Assembly: GCA_032718475.1 (NCBI GenBank)
Contig: JAUCBJ010003332.1
Location: 1 to 61,717 of the forward strand
Source of the DNA: Nemertoderma westbladi
Taxonomy: Eukaryota > Animalia > Xenacoelomorpha
Direction: 5' to 3'
Length of the DNA: 61,717 bases
Position 1 is the stretch's first letter; the number at the start of each line of letters is the position of its first letter. The position numbers and the translations under genes are program-made. A model generated the notes under the pieces. That model ran no database searches. It had not been told where the DNA came from and saw only the letters and a list, made by a program, of their open reading frames with translations. Below, one piece after another: positions 1 through 10,200 of the stretch.

Positions 1-1
1 A

Positions 2-345
2 ACATTCCTGGGAGACTTTAATGCAAGTCTGCATCAATCACCTACATCGCCCTGGGTCTATAGCGATAGTGTTAACCGAAATTCTGTCCATCTTCAGGAT
101 TTTATCTCTGGAAATGGATTGTTTTCGGCTGGAACCCAGTTCAAGAAGCGAACTGGAAAGCTATGGACTCACAGTGGACCCAGTGGTCACAAGTCCCGAT
201 AGACCATATTCTGTTTCGTAGGAAGTACAGGAGCTCTATACAAGACTGTAATGCATTTACACTTCGGCCCTTCTCCAGTGATCACCACATTATTGTGGCA
301 AAGGTAAGACTTAGTCTGCGTGCTAGCAGAACAATGAAATCTGCC
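2..345 (+). pseudogene. AP-endonuclease (APE/EEP) domain remnant of the LINE polyprotein, C-terminal half
   Basis: The frame starting at position 2 reads TFLGDFNA...NRNSVHLQDFISGNGLFSAGTQFKKRTGKLWTHSGPSGHKS (GDFNA at 11-25). After a frameshift near 197 it continues IDHILFRRKYRSSIQDCNAF...SDHHIIVAKVRL (IDHI 199-210, SDH 277-285). These are canonical L1/RTE endonuclease motifs. Confidence 0.88.
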
Positions 346-458
346 TTGCCGCGGCATTACTGGTCCTCTCTGTTGCAACAGCCGGCCAAGTGTGAAATGA
401 AAGTGTGAAAGAGTGAGGCTTCATTCACACTACAACTGAGCAACGGGTATGAGGTTCT

Positions 459-1351
459 GATGTGGTTCTTAAAATACCTGAGTGTTTAAAGCTCATCTAT
501 CCCATCATAGTAGACATGTACCGAACATCAAGAGTCCCACAAGAAATGAAAACAAATAAGTTGGTGCCAGTTCCCAAGAAGGGCAACCTAACACTCTATG
601 GTTCTTTTCGGGGAATCTCATTGATCTCGATTGCTGCAAAGCTATACAATAGAATTCTATTAAATCGCATCAGGGATCCCATTGAGAGACTGCTCCGTGG
701 AAATCAGAATGGGTTCCGTAAAGGTCGTGGGACCATGGAGCCCATTTTGGCACTTAGAAGGATAATTGAAGAGTTATCAAAAAAGAAAGACAGACATCTG
801 GCTGTTATCTTTGTTGACTTTTTCAAGGCCTTTGATTCAGTCTCACGCTCACGTATGTTCAGCATACTTTCATTATATGGGATTCCTGATGAAATTATTG
901 CAGCAATCAGATCAGTATACGATGGTTCGACAACATTTATGTCTACTGTTGATGGTGACACAGAACCATTTGAAGTATTATGGGGAGAGTCCTCCAAGGA
1001 GACACACGTGCGCCATTCTTATTCATAATTGTGATTGACTATGTTCTACGCATGTCCTTAGATCATCATAATGATGATGGGGTGATGGTAACTCCACCTA
1101 CTGGCTCCAGAAGTCGAGGAAATCCTGCCAAGTACCTATCTGATCTAGACTTTGCTGATGACTTAGCAGTACTCTCAGAATCACTAGAGGGAGCCCAACG
1201 GCTCCTCAGCTCATTAGAACATGCTGCTTCCAGTGTTGGTCTTTTTATTAACGCCAAAAAGACCAACATTTTAACAGTTAACTTTGAAAGTCCTCTGCAA
1301 GTCTCTGACCGGATGAGCATACAGCATAAGCTCAAAGTATGGCATGCTTGA
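459..1351 (+). pseudogene. Reverse transcriptase domain remnant (non-LTR type), frameshifted near 985
   Basis: ORF 462-1028 has LVPVPKKGN, FRGISLISIAAKLYNRILLNRI, QNGFRKGRGT and IFVDFFKAFDSVSR. ORF 980-1351 has VLQGDTRAPFLF (QGD 995-1003), the catalytic LDFADDL (FADD 1151-1162) and GLFINAKKT. The two halves are in different frames, so the gene is disrupted. Confidence 0.93.
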
Positions 1352-1944
1352 GCATGTGGATGACTTCTGTTACCTGGTATCATGGATGCGGAAGTCAGGT
1401 GAGGACCTTCGAATACGCAAGGGAAAGGCATGGCCAGCCTTGAATAGGCTTTCCAGGATTTGGGATTTGAAAGTCACAGAGAATTAATCGGAAACTTAAG
1501 GTCCGATTATTTAGAGCAGCAGTAGTTCCAGTTCTCCTCTATGGGAGTCCATATGCTGGGCTGTAACTGCTGAGGACACCAAATCTCTGGATGGCACATT
1601 CACAAGAATGCTACGCCGGGTTCATTGTGTCAAGTACAATGCACACATCTCCAACCAGACACTATAACATTGGAGGTGTCTTATTGATTCCCCCAAGCTT
1701 GACACTAGAACAAAGCCGCCTCCGCTTTGCAGGACATTGCTTTCGCCGTGAGGACCATCCAGTGCATAATCTTGTACTTTGGCAGCCTCATGGAGTGAAT
1801 AAGCATGGTGGACAGCCCATGACTTTCTTGAGACGCATCTTAAAGGACACTGGCCTTGAAGATGCGGATGATCTAGAAAATGTCATGGGTGATAGGGAGT
1901 TGTGGCGGTGCAATTTTGTCGACAAGCCGGCACAGCATTCTTAA
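1347..1944 (+). pseudogene. RT thumb / C-terminal region remnant of an RTE-like polyprotein, with several frameshifts; ends at TAA 1942-1944
   Basis: Manual translation across frames gives LEHVDDFCYLVSW...DLRIRKGKAWPALNRLSRIW, then LKVRLFRAAVVPVLLYGS, then WAVTAEDTKSLDGTFTRMLRRV, then ORF 1591-1944 with SRLRFAGHCFRREDHPVHNLVLWQPHG...MGDRELWR. Confidence 0.85.
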
Positions 1945-1970
1945 AAATGCAGCTGCAATGCAGCATGCCG
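1928..1970 (+). other. Predicted structured RNA element (three-way junction) at the LINE 3' end
   Basis: P1 CGGCA(1928-1932)/TGCCG(1966-1970) encloses P2 GCATT(1935-1939)/AATGC(1946-1950) and P3 GCTGC(1952-1956)/GCAGC(1960-1964). It ends 4 nt before the (TAG)n tail. Confidence 0.5.
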
Positions 1971-1974
1971 ATCC

Positions 1975-2016
<42 letters not shown>
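1975..2016 (+). repeat. (TAG)14 microsatellite, the 3' tail of the LINE
   Basis: 14 perfect TAG units start 30 nt after the polyprotein stop codon. Confidence 0.95.
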
Positions 2017-2018
<2 letters not shown>

Positions 2019-3484
2019 TAGGCAATAGTATAGGAGGTGTGACCATTTTGGAACATAAGATAAATGATAGTAACTGTTATATAAGATTAGTAGCCTATGT
2101 ATGATATGGAGACTAGGAAAAATATCAATATAGGTTGTTTATCTTTTAAGACACTAAATTCTGGGAGATAGTCCAAGTAGGCCTACTGTAGGTATAGTAC
2201 AGACGAAGTGGAACTAGAGGTATTTACCAATAATATGTGAAATTTGCTATTTACGTACGTTGTTTAAAAATTATAATACTTGACTATTGATGAAACATAA
2301 AAAAATGTTCTAGAAAACTTTTATTATAAAATCCTTGAGAAATAAATAAATTATTTTCAAAACGTGTGCATACTAAATTTAGTAGGTAGAATGCAGCTTT
2401 CTTTAGTAGGTAATGGCACCGAATCCATGCTCCAATCGATAAGTCATTATGACTAAAGTTTGTCTGCACCAAATTTTGTAAAACCCCACGCAATAGTTAC
2501 TATGTAAAATTCATGTTGCTAAGGAAAAAAACATGATAAATTTTATAGACTTTATTGCCGAGTTTTAACATGATATGCACCACACCCCCTTAATTTACTG
2601 GATCTTAGCTTTACCGGACTATGAAATATTTTAAATAAATGAGATTTCCTTTTCTACCAAACGGCGATATTTAATATCTCCTTTTAAAATAATTTCATGT
2701 GACCCCACTAGACATAAGAGTAAAACCACAAGCAATCCGTTTCTGAACATAAAATAATATTACGTATAAAGTAATACATGGCAATAAATGCTGTTTAAGG
2801 TGGTGGTGTCACTAATAAATGAGCTATTTATTCCAGGACATAGGGCAACCTAATTGAACTACTTTATAGTTTCCATTGCGTCTAGGTATTACGTATTCTA
2901 GAACATATTGTTTATTATTTGCACTTAAAACTTATTTCAGTAGGCCAACTAGCATTTATTATTGATTCACGTTGCCCTTACGCCATCTCGTGGAATATTG
3001 TGTCGTAATTCAGTGCCAGAACCTTTCCCTGATTCTAATTCATACAAATAATTACAAGCGCCCATTATACTACCATATTTCAACGCTATTATTACATAAT
3101 TGGAATCCTTGAACGAACAGTAAAAACCTAAGTACCACCTTTCCATCGTTAGCAACAAACGATTGTAAATTCGAAGAATGACTGCTGTGCAACCTATACA
3201 ATATCGACGAATTTGGATAAGACTTTTTGATTAAATGCCAGTAACTTAAAATTGAATACAAAAAATATTCTGACTCATCCAATAAGAGGTTGAGAAGAGG
3301 ACGTTTAATAAATTTAATTAGGTGTGTGGAGTGGAGTGGGTTGGGGGGGGGGGGGGGGGGGGGGGGTGGTCCGTGTATCATAATTACGACATTATATTCC
3401 GGAGGGAAGGCCTACTGTTAACTTTGTTGTAATTATTTTCAAGGCCTTTAATTTATTGTTATGGGCCTACGAACAGTGTTTTTA
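2017..3484. other. AT-rich non-coding spacer between the LINE and the satellite array
   Basis: It contains only short ORFs with no recognisable motifs, scattered (T)AGGCCTA-like motifs near 2178, 3408, 3442 and 3463, and a local TTTAGTAGGTA direct repeat near 2378 and 2402. Confidence 0.6.
3343..3366 (+). repeat. G24 homopolymer within a G-rich stretch (G-quadruplex-capable)
   Basis: 24 consecutive Gs, preceded by GTGTGTGGAGTGGAGTGGGTT and followed by TGGT. Confidence 0.9.
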
Positions 3485-4279
3485 TTCTCTCGTCAATACT
3501 CCATGAGCAGTCCACTAGGTCCCGTCTTCTATTGTCATACTTTATGAGCAGTCCACTAGGTCCCTCCTTCTCTCGTCATACTTCATGAGCAGTCCACTAG
3601 GTCCCTCCGGCTCTCGTCATAATTTATGAGCAGTCCACTAGGTCCCTGCTTCCCTCGTCATACTTTATGAGCAGTCCACTAGGTCCCTCCTTCTCTCGTC
3701 ATACTTTATGAGCAGTCCACTAGGTCCCTCCTTCCCTCGTCATACTTTATGAGCAGTCCACTAGGTCCCTCCTTCTCTCGTCATACTTTATGAGCAGTCC
3801 ACTAGGTCCCTCCTTCTCTCGTCATACTTTATGAGCAGTCCACTAGGTCCCTCCTTCCCTCGTCATACTTTATGAGCAGTCCACTAGGTCCCTCCTTCTC
3901 TCGTCATACTTTATGAGCAGTCCACTAGGTCCCTCCTTCTCTCGTCATACTTTATGAGCAGTCCACTATGTCCCTCCTTCTTTCGTCATACTTTATGAGC
4001 AGTCCACTATGTCCCTCCTTCTCTCGTCACTTCTTCATGAGCCTAGGTCCCTCCTTCTCTCGTCATACTTTATGAGCATTAAACTAGGCCCCTCCTTCCC
4101 TCGTCATACTTTATGAGCAGTCCACTAGGTCCCTCCTTCTCTCGTCATACTTTATGAGCAGTCCACTAGGTCCCTCCTTCTCTCGTCATACTTTATGAGC
4201 AGTCCACTAGGTCCCTCCTTCTATCGTCATACTTTATGAGCAGTCCACTAGGTCCCTCCTTCTATCGTCATACTTGATG

Positions 4280-7200
4280 AGCAGTCCACTAGGTCCCTCC
4301 TTCTCTCGTCTTACTTTATGAGCAGTCCACTAGGTCCCTCCTTCTCTCGTCATACTTGATGAGCAGTCCACTATGTCCCTCCTTCTTTCGTCATACTTTA
4401 TGAGCAGTCCACTATATCCCTCCTTCTCTCGTCACTTCTTCATGAGCCTAGGTCCCTCCTTCTCTCGTCATACTTTATGAGCAATCCACTTGGTCCCTCC
4501 TTCTCTCGTCATACTTTATGAGCATTCAACTATGTCCCTCCTTCACTCGTCACTACTTTATGAGCAGTCCACTAGGTCCCTCCTTCTCTCGTCATACTTT
4601 ATGAGCATTAAACTAGGCCCCTCCTTCTCTCGTCATACTTTATGAGCAGTCCACTAGGTCCCGGCTTCTATCGCCATACTTTATGAGCAGTCCACTAGGT
4701 CCCTCCTTCTATCGTCAATACTTTATGAGCAGTCCACTATGTCCCTTCTTCTTTCGTCATACTTTATGAGCAGTCCACTATGTCCCTCCTTCTCTCGTCA
4801 CTTCTTCATGAGCCTAGGTCCCTCCATCTCTCGTCATACTTTATGAGCATTAAACTAGGCCCCTCCTTCTCTCGTCATACTTTATGAGCAGTCCACTAGG
4901 TCCCTCCTTCTCTCGTCTTACTTTATGAGCAGTCCACTAGGTCCCTCCTTCTCTCGTCATACTTGATGAACAGTCCACTATGTCCCTCCTTCTTTCGTCA
5001 TACTTTATGAGCAGTCCACTATATCCCTCCTTCTCTCGTCACTTCTTCATGAGCCTAGGTCCCTCCTTCTCTCGTCATACTTTATGAGCAATCCACTTGG
5101 TCCCTCCTTCTCTCGTCATACTTTATGAGCATTCAACTATGTCCCTCCTTCTCTCGTCACTACTTTATGAGCAGTCCACTAGGTCCCTCCTTATCTCGTC
5201 ACTACTTTATGAGCAGTCCACTAGGTCCCTCCTTCTCTCGTCATACTTGATGAGCAGTCCACTAGGTCCCTCCTTCTCTCGTCTTACTTTATGAGCAGTC
5301 CACTAGGTCCCTCCTTCTCTCGTCATACTTGATGAGCAGTCCACTATGTCCCTCCTTCTTTCGTCATACTTTATGAGCAGTCCACTATATCCCTCCTTCT
5401 CTCGTCACTTCTTCATGAGCCTAGGTCCCTCCTTCTCTCGTCATACTTTATGAGCAATCCACTTGGTCCCTCCTTCTATCGTCATACTTTATGAGCAGTC
5501 CACTAGGCCCCTCCTTCTCTCGTCATATTTTATGAGCAGTCCACTATGTCCCTCCTTCTCTCGTCACTACTTTATAAGCAGTCCACTAGGTCCCTCCTTC
5601 TCTCGTCATACTTTATGAGCATTCAACTAGGTCCCTCCTTCTCTCGTCACTACTTTTTGAGCAGTCCACTAGGTCCCCCCTTCTCTCGTCACTACTTTAT
5701 GAGCAGTCCACTAGGTCCCTCCTTCTATCGTCATACTTTATGAGCAGTCCACTAGGTCCCTCCTTCTCTAGTCACTACTTTATGAACAGTCAACTAGGTC
5801 CCGGCTTCTATCGTCATACTTTATGAGCAGTCCACTAGGTCCCTGCTTCCTTCGTCACTACTTTACGAGCAGTCCACTAGGTCCCTCCTTCTATCGTCAT
5901 ACTTTATGAGCAGTCCACTAGGTCCCTCCTTCTCTCGTCAATACTTTATGAGCAGTCCACTAGGTCCCTCCTTCTATCGTCAATACTTTATGAGCAGTCC
6001 ACTAGGTCCCTCATTCTCTCGTCATACTTTATGAGCAGTCCACTAGGTCCCTCCTTCTCTCGTCACACTTTATGAGCAGTCCACTAGGTCCCTCCTTCTA
6101 TCGTCATACTTTATTAGCAGTCCACTAGGTCCCGCCTTCTCTTGTCATACTTTATGAGCAGTCAACTAGGTCCCTCCTTCTATCGTCATACTTTATGAGC
6201 AGTCCACTAGGTCCCTCCTTCTCTCGTCATACTTTATGAGCAGTCCACTAGGTCACTCCTTCTCTCGTGAAACTTGATGAGCAGTCCCCTAGGTCCCTGC
6301 TTCTTTCGTCATAATTTATGAGCAGTCCCCTAGGTCCCTCCTTCTCTCGTCATACTTTATGAGCAGTCCACTAGGTCCCTGCTTCCCTCGTCATACTTTA
6401 TGAGCAATCCACTTGGTCCCTCCTTCTATCGTCATACTTTATGAGCAGTCCACTAGGTCCCTCCTTCTATCGTCATACTTTATGAGCAGTCCACTAGGTC
6501 CCTCCTTCTCTTGTCATACTTTATGAGCAGTCAACTAGGTCCCTCCTTCTATCGTCATACTTTATGAGCAGTCCACTAGGTCCCTCCTTCTCTCGTCATA
6601 CTTTATGAGCAGTCCACTAGGTCCCTCCTTCTCTCGTGAAACTTGATGAGCAGTCCCCTAGGTCCCTGCTTCTTTCGTCATAATTTATGAGCAGTCCCCT
6701 AGGTCCCTCCTTCTCTCGTCATACTTTATGAGCAGTCCACTAGGTCCCTGCTTCCCTCGTCATACTTTATGAGCAATCCACTTGGTCCCTCCCTCTATCG
6801 TCATACTTTATGAGCAGTCCACTAGGTCCCTCCTTCTATCGTCATACTTTATGAGCAGTCCACTAGGTCCCTCCTTCTATCGTCATACTTTATGAGCTGT
6901 CCACTAGGTCCCTCCTTCTATCGTCATACTTTATGAGCAGTCCACTAGGTCCCTCCTTCTCTTGTCATACTTTATGAGCAGTCAACTAGGTCCCTCCTTC
7001 TATCGTCATACTTTATGAGCAGTCCACTAGGTCCCTCCTTCTATCGTCATACTTTATGAGCAGTCCACTAGGTCCCTCCTTCTCTCGTCATACTTTATGA
7101 GCAGTCCACTAGATCCCTCCTTCTCTCGTCATACTTGATGAGCCGTCCACTAGGTCCCGGCTTCTATCGTCATACTTTACGAGCAGTCCACTAGGTCCCT

Positions 7201-10200
7201 CCTTCTCTCGTCATACTTTATGAGCATTCAACTAGGTCCCTCCTTCTATCGTCACTACTTCATGAGCAGTCCACTAGGTCCCTCCTTCTCTCGACATACT
7301 TTATGAGCAGTCCCCTAGGTCCCTGCTTCCTTTGTCATACTTTATGAGCAGTTCACTAGGTCCCTGCTTCCCTCGTCATACTTTATGAGCAGTCCACTAG
7401 GTCCCGGCTTCTATCGTCAATACTTCATGAGCAGTCCCCTAGGTCCCTCCTTCCATCGTCACTACTTCATGAGCAGTCCACTAGGTCCCTCCTTCTCTCG
7501 TCATACTTTATGAGCAGTCCACTAGGTCCCTCCTTCTCTCGACATACTTTATAAGCAGTCCCCTAGTTCCCTGCTTCTTTCGTCATAATTTATGAGCAGT
7601 CCACTAGGTCCCTCCTTCTCTCGTCATACTTTATGAGCAGTCCACTAGGTCCCGGCTTCTATCGTCATACTTTATGAGCAGTCCACTAGGTCCCGGCTTC
7701 TATCGTCATACTTTATGAGCAGTCCACTAGGTCCCTCCTTCTCTCGACATACTTTATAAGCAGTCCCCTAGTTCCCTGCTTCTTTCGTCATAATTTATGA
7801 GCAGTCCACTAGGTCCCTCCTTCTCTCGTCATACTTTATGAGCAGTCCACTAGGTCCCGGCTTCTATCGTCATACTTTATGAGCAGTCCACTTGGTCCCG
7901 GCTTCTATCGTCATACTTTATGAGCAGTCCACTAGGTCCCTCCTTCTATCGTCATACTTTATGAGCAGTCCACTAGGTCCCTCCTTCTCTCGTCATACTT
8001 TATGAGCAGCCCACTAGGTCCCTCCTTCTCTCGTCATACTTTATGAGCAGTCCACTAGGTCCCGGCTTCTATCGTCATACTTTATGAGCAGTCCACTAGG
8101 TCCCTCCTTCTCTCGTCATACTTTATGAGCAGTCCACTAGGTCCATCCTTCTCTCGTCATACTTTATGAGCAGTCCACTAGGTCCCGGCTTCTATCGTCA
8201 TACTTTATGAGCAGTCCACTAGGTCCCTCCTTCTATCGTCATACTTTATAAGCAGTCCCCTAGTTCCCTGCTTCTTTCGTCATAATTTATGAGCAGTCCA
8301 CTAGGCCCCTCCTTCTATCTCGTCATACTTTATGAGAAATCCACTTGGTCCCTCCTTCTCTCGTCATACTTTATGAGCATTCAACTATGTCCCTCCTTCT
8401 CTCGTCACTACTTTATGAGCAGTCCACTAGGTCCCTCCTTCTCTCGTCACTACTTTATGAGCAGTCCACTAGGTCCCTCCTTCTCTCGTCATACTTGATG
8501 AGCAGTCCACTAGGTCCCTCCTTCTCTCGTCTTACTTTATGAGCAGTCCACTAGGTCCCTCCTTCTCTCGTCATACTTGATGAGCAGTCCACTATGTCCC
8601 TCCTTCTTTCGTCATACTTTATGAGCAGTCCACTATATCCCTCCTTCTCTCGTCACTTCTTCATGAGCCTAGGTCCCTCCTTCTCTCGTCATACTTTATG
8701 AGCAATCCACTTGGTCCCTCCTTCTATCGTCATACTTTATGAGCAGTCCACTAGGCCCCTCCTTCTCTCGTCATATTTTTTGAGCAGTCCACTATGTCCC
8801 TCCTTCTCTCGTCACTACTTTATAAGCAGTCCACTAGGTCCCTCCTTCTCTCGTCATACTTTATGAGCATTCAACTAGGTCCCTCCTTCTCTCGTCACTA
8901 CTTTTTGAGCAGTCCACTAGGTCCCCCCTTCTCTCGTCACTTCTTTATGAGCAGTCCACTAGGTCCCTCCTTCTATCGTCATACTTTATGAGCAGTCCAC
9001 TAGGTCCCTCCTTCTCTAGTCACTACTTTATGAACAGTCAACTAGGTCCCGGCTTCTATCGTCATACTTTATGAGCAGTCCACTAGGTCCCTGCTTCTTT
9101 CGTCACTACTTTACGAGCAGTCCACTAGGTCCCTCCTTCTCTCGTCTTACTTTATGAGCAGTCCACTAGGTCCCTCCTTCTCTCGTCATACTTGATGAGC
9201 AGTCCACTATGTCCCTCCTTCTTTCGTCATACTTTATGAGCAGTCCACTATATCCCTCCTTCTCTCGTCACTTCTTCATGAGCCTAGGTCCCTCCTTCTC
9301 TCGTCATACTTTATGAGCAATCCACTTGGTCCCTCCTTCTCTCGTCATACTTTATGAGCATTCAACTATGTCCCTCCTTCACTCGTCACTACTTTATGAG
9401 CAGTCCACTAGGTCCCTCCTTCTCTCGTCATACTTTATGAGCATTAAACTAGGCCCCTCCTTCTCTCGTCATACTTTATGAGCAGTCCACTAGGTCCCGG
9501 CTTCTATCGCCATACTTTATGAGCAGTCCACTAGGTCCCTCCTTCTATCGTCAATACTTTATGAGCAGTCCACTATGTCCCTTCTTCTTTCGTCATACTT
9601 TATGAGCAGTCCACTATGTCCCTCCTTCTCTCGTCACTTCTTCATGAGCCTAGGTCCCTCCATCTCTCGTCATACTTTATGAGCATTAAACTAGGCCCCT
9701 CCTTCTCTCGTCATACTTTATGAGCAGTCCACTAGGTCCCTCCTTCTCTCGTCTTACTTTATGAGCAGTCCACTAGGTCCCTCCTTCTCTCGTCATACTT
9801 GATGAACAGTCCACTATGTCCCTCCTTCTTTCGTCATACTTTATGAGCAGTCCACTATATCCCTCCTTCTCTCGTCACTTCTTCATGAGCCTAGGTCCCT
9901 CCTTCTCTCGTCATACTTTATGAGCAATCCACTTGGTCCCTCCTTCTCTCGTCATACTTTATGAGCATTCAACTATGTCCCTCCTTCTCTCGTCACTACT
10001 TTATGAGCAGTCCACTAGGTCCCTCCTTATCTCGTCACTACTTTATGAGCAGTCCACTAGGTCCCTCCTTCTCTCGTCATACTTGATGAGCAGTCCACTA
10101 GGTCCCTCCTTCTCTCGTCTTACTTTATGAGCAGTCCACTAGGTCCCTCCTTCTCTCGTCATACTTGATGAGCAGTCCACTATGTCCCTCCTTCTTTCGT

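Larger units (their letters stand above)
1..2016 (+). mobile_element. Degenerate non-LTR retrotransposon (LINE), RTE-clade-like; 5' part lies outside the window; ends in a (TAG)n tail
   Basis: Motifs occur in the expected order across shifting frames: APE endonuclease (GDFNA, IDHIL, SDH), RT (PVPKKG, RGISL, QNGFRKGRGT, FVDFFKAFDSV, QGD..PFLF, FADD) and an RTE-type C-terminus (LLYG, LDGTFTRMLR, RLRFAGHCFR, LVLWQP, MGDRELWR). A very short 3' UTR and a trinucleotide tail follow, as is typical of RTE-clade elements. Confidence 0.93.

Noticed and set aside
187-1431. Minus-strand ORFs (187-378, 704-997, 1066-1431) and alternative plus-frame ORFs (21-221, 766-1038)
   Set aside because: They are shadow frames of the LINE coding region with no independent motifs.
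1880-3381. ORFs 1880-2104 (poly-Ser), 2284-2493, 2967-3158 and 3070-3381 (poly-Pro)
   Set aside because: They are short with no domain motifs. The poly-Ser and poly-Pro tracts are just the (TAG)n tail and the G24 run.
2170-3475. Host assignment from recurring (T)AGGCCTA-like motifs
   Set aside because: They are only suggestive of some marine invertebrate genomes and too short and few to support a taxonomic call.
1-3600. Satellite monomer derived from the adjacent LINE
   Set aside because: I saw no meaningful similarity beyond chance 6-7-mers (e.g. ATGAGCA near 1313), and the two are separated by about 1.45 kb of unrelated DNA.
3684-3700. AGGAGG (Shine-Dalgarno-like) on the minus strand of each monomer
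   Set aside because: It is part of the purine tract of a eukaryotic satellite and precedes no real ORF.
6255-6300. Hammerhead ribozyme resemblance (GTGAAAC-TTGATGAG variant; ATGACGAG...CTCATAAA on the minus strand), prompted by known hammerhead-bearing satellites in newts, schistosomes and cave crickets
   Set aside because: I did not find the required CUGANGA core (best matches are TTGATGA and ATGACGA). The GTGAAAC variant occurs in only six related monomers, and helices I-III cannot be built. An Infernal/RNAMotif search would settle it.
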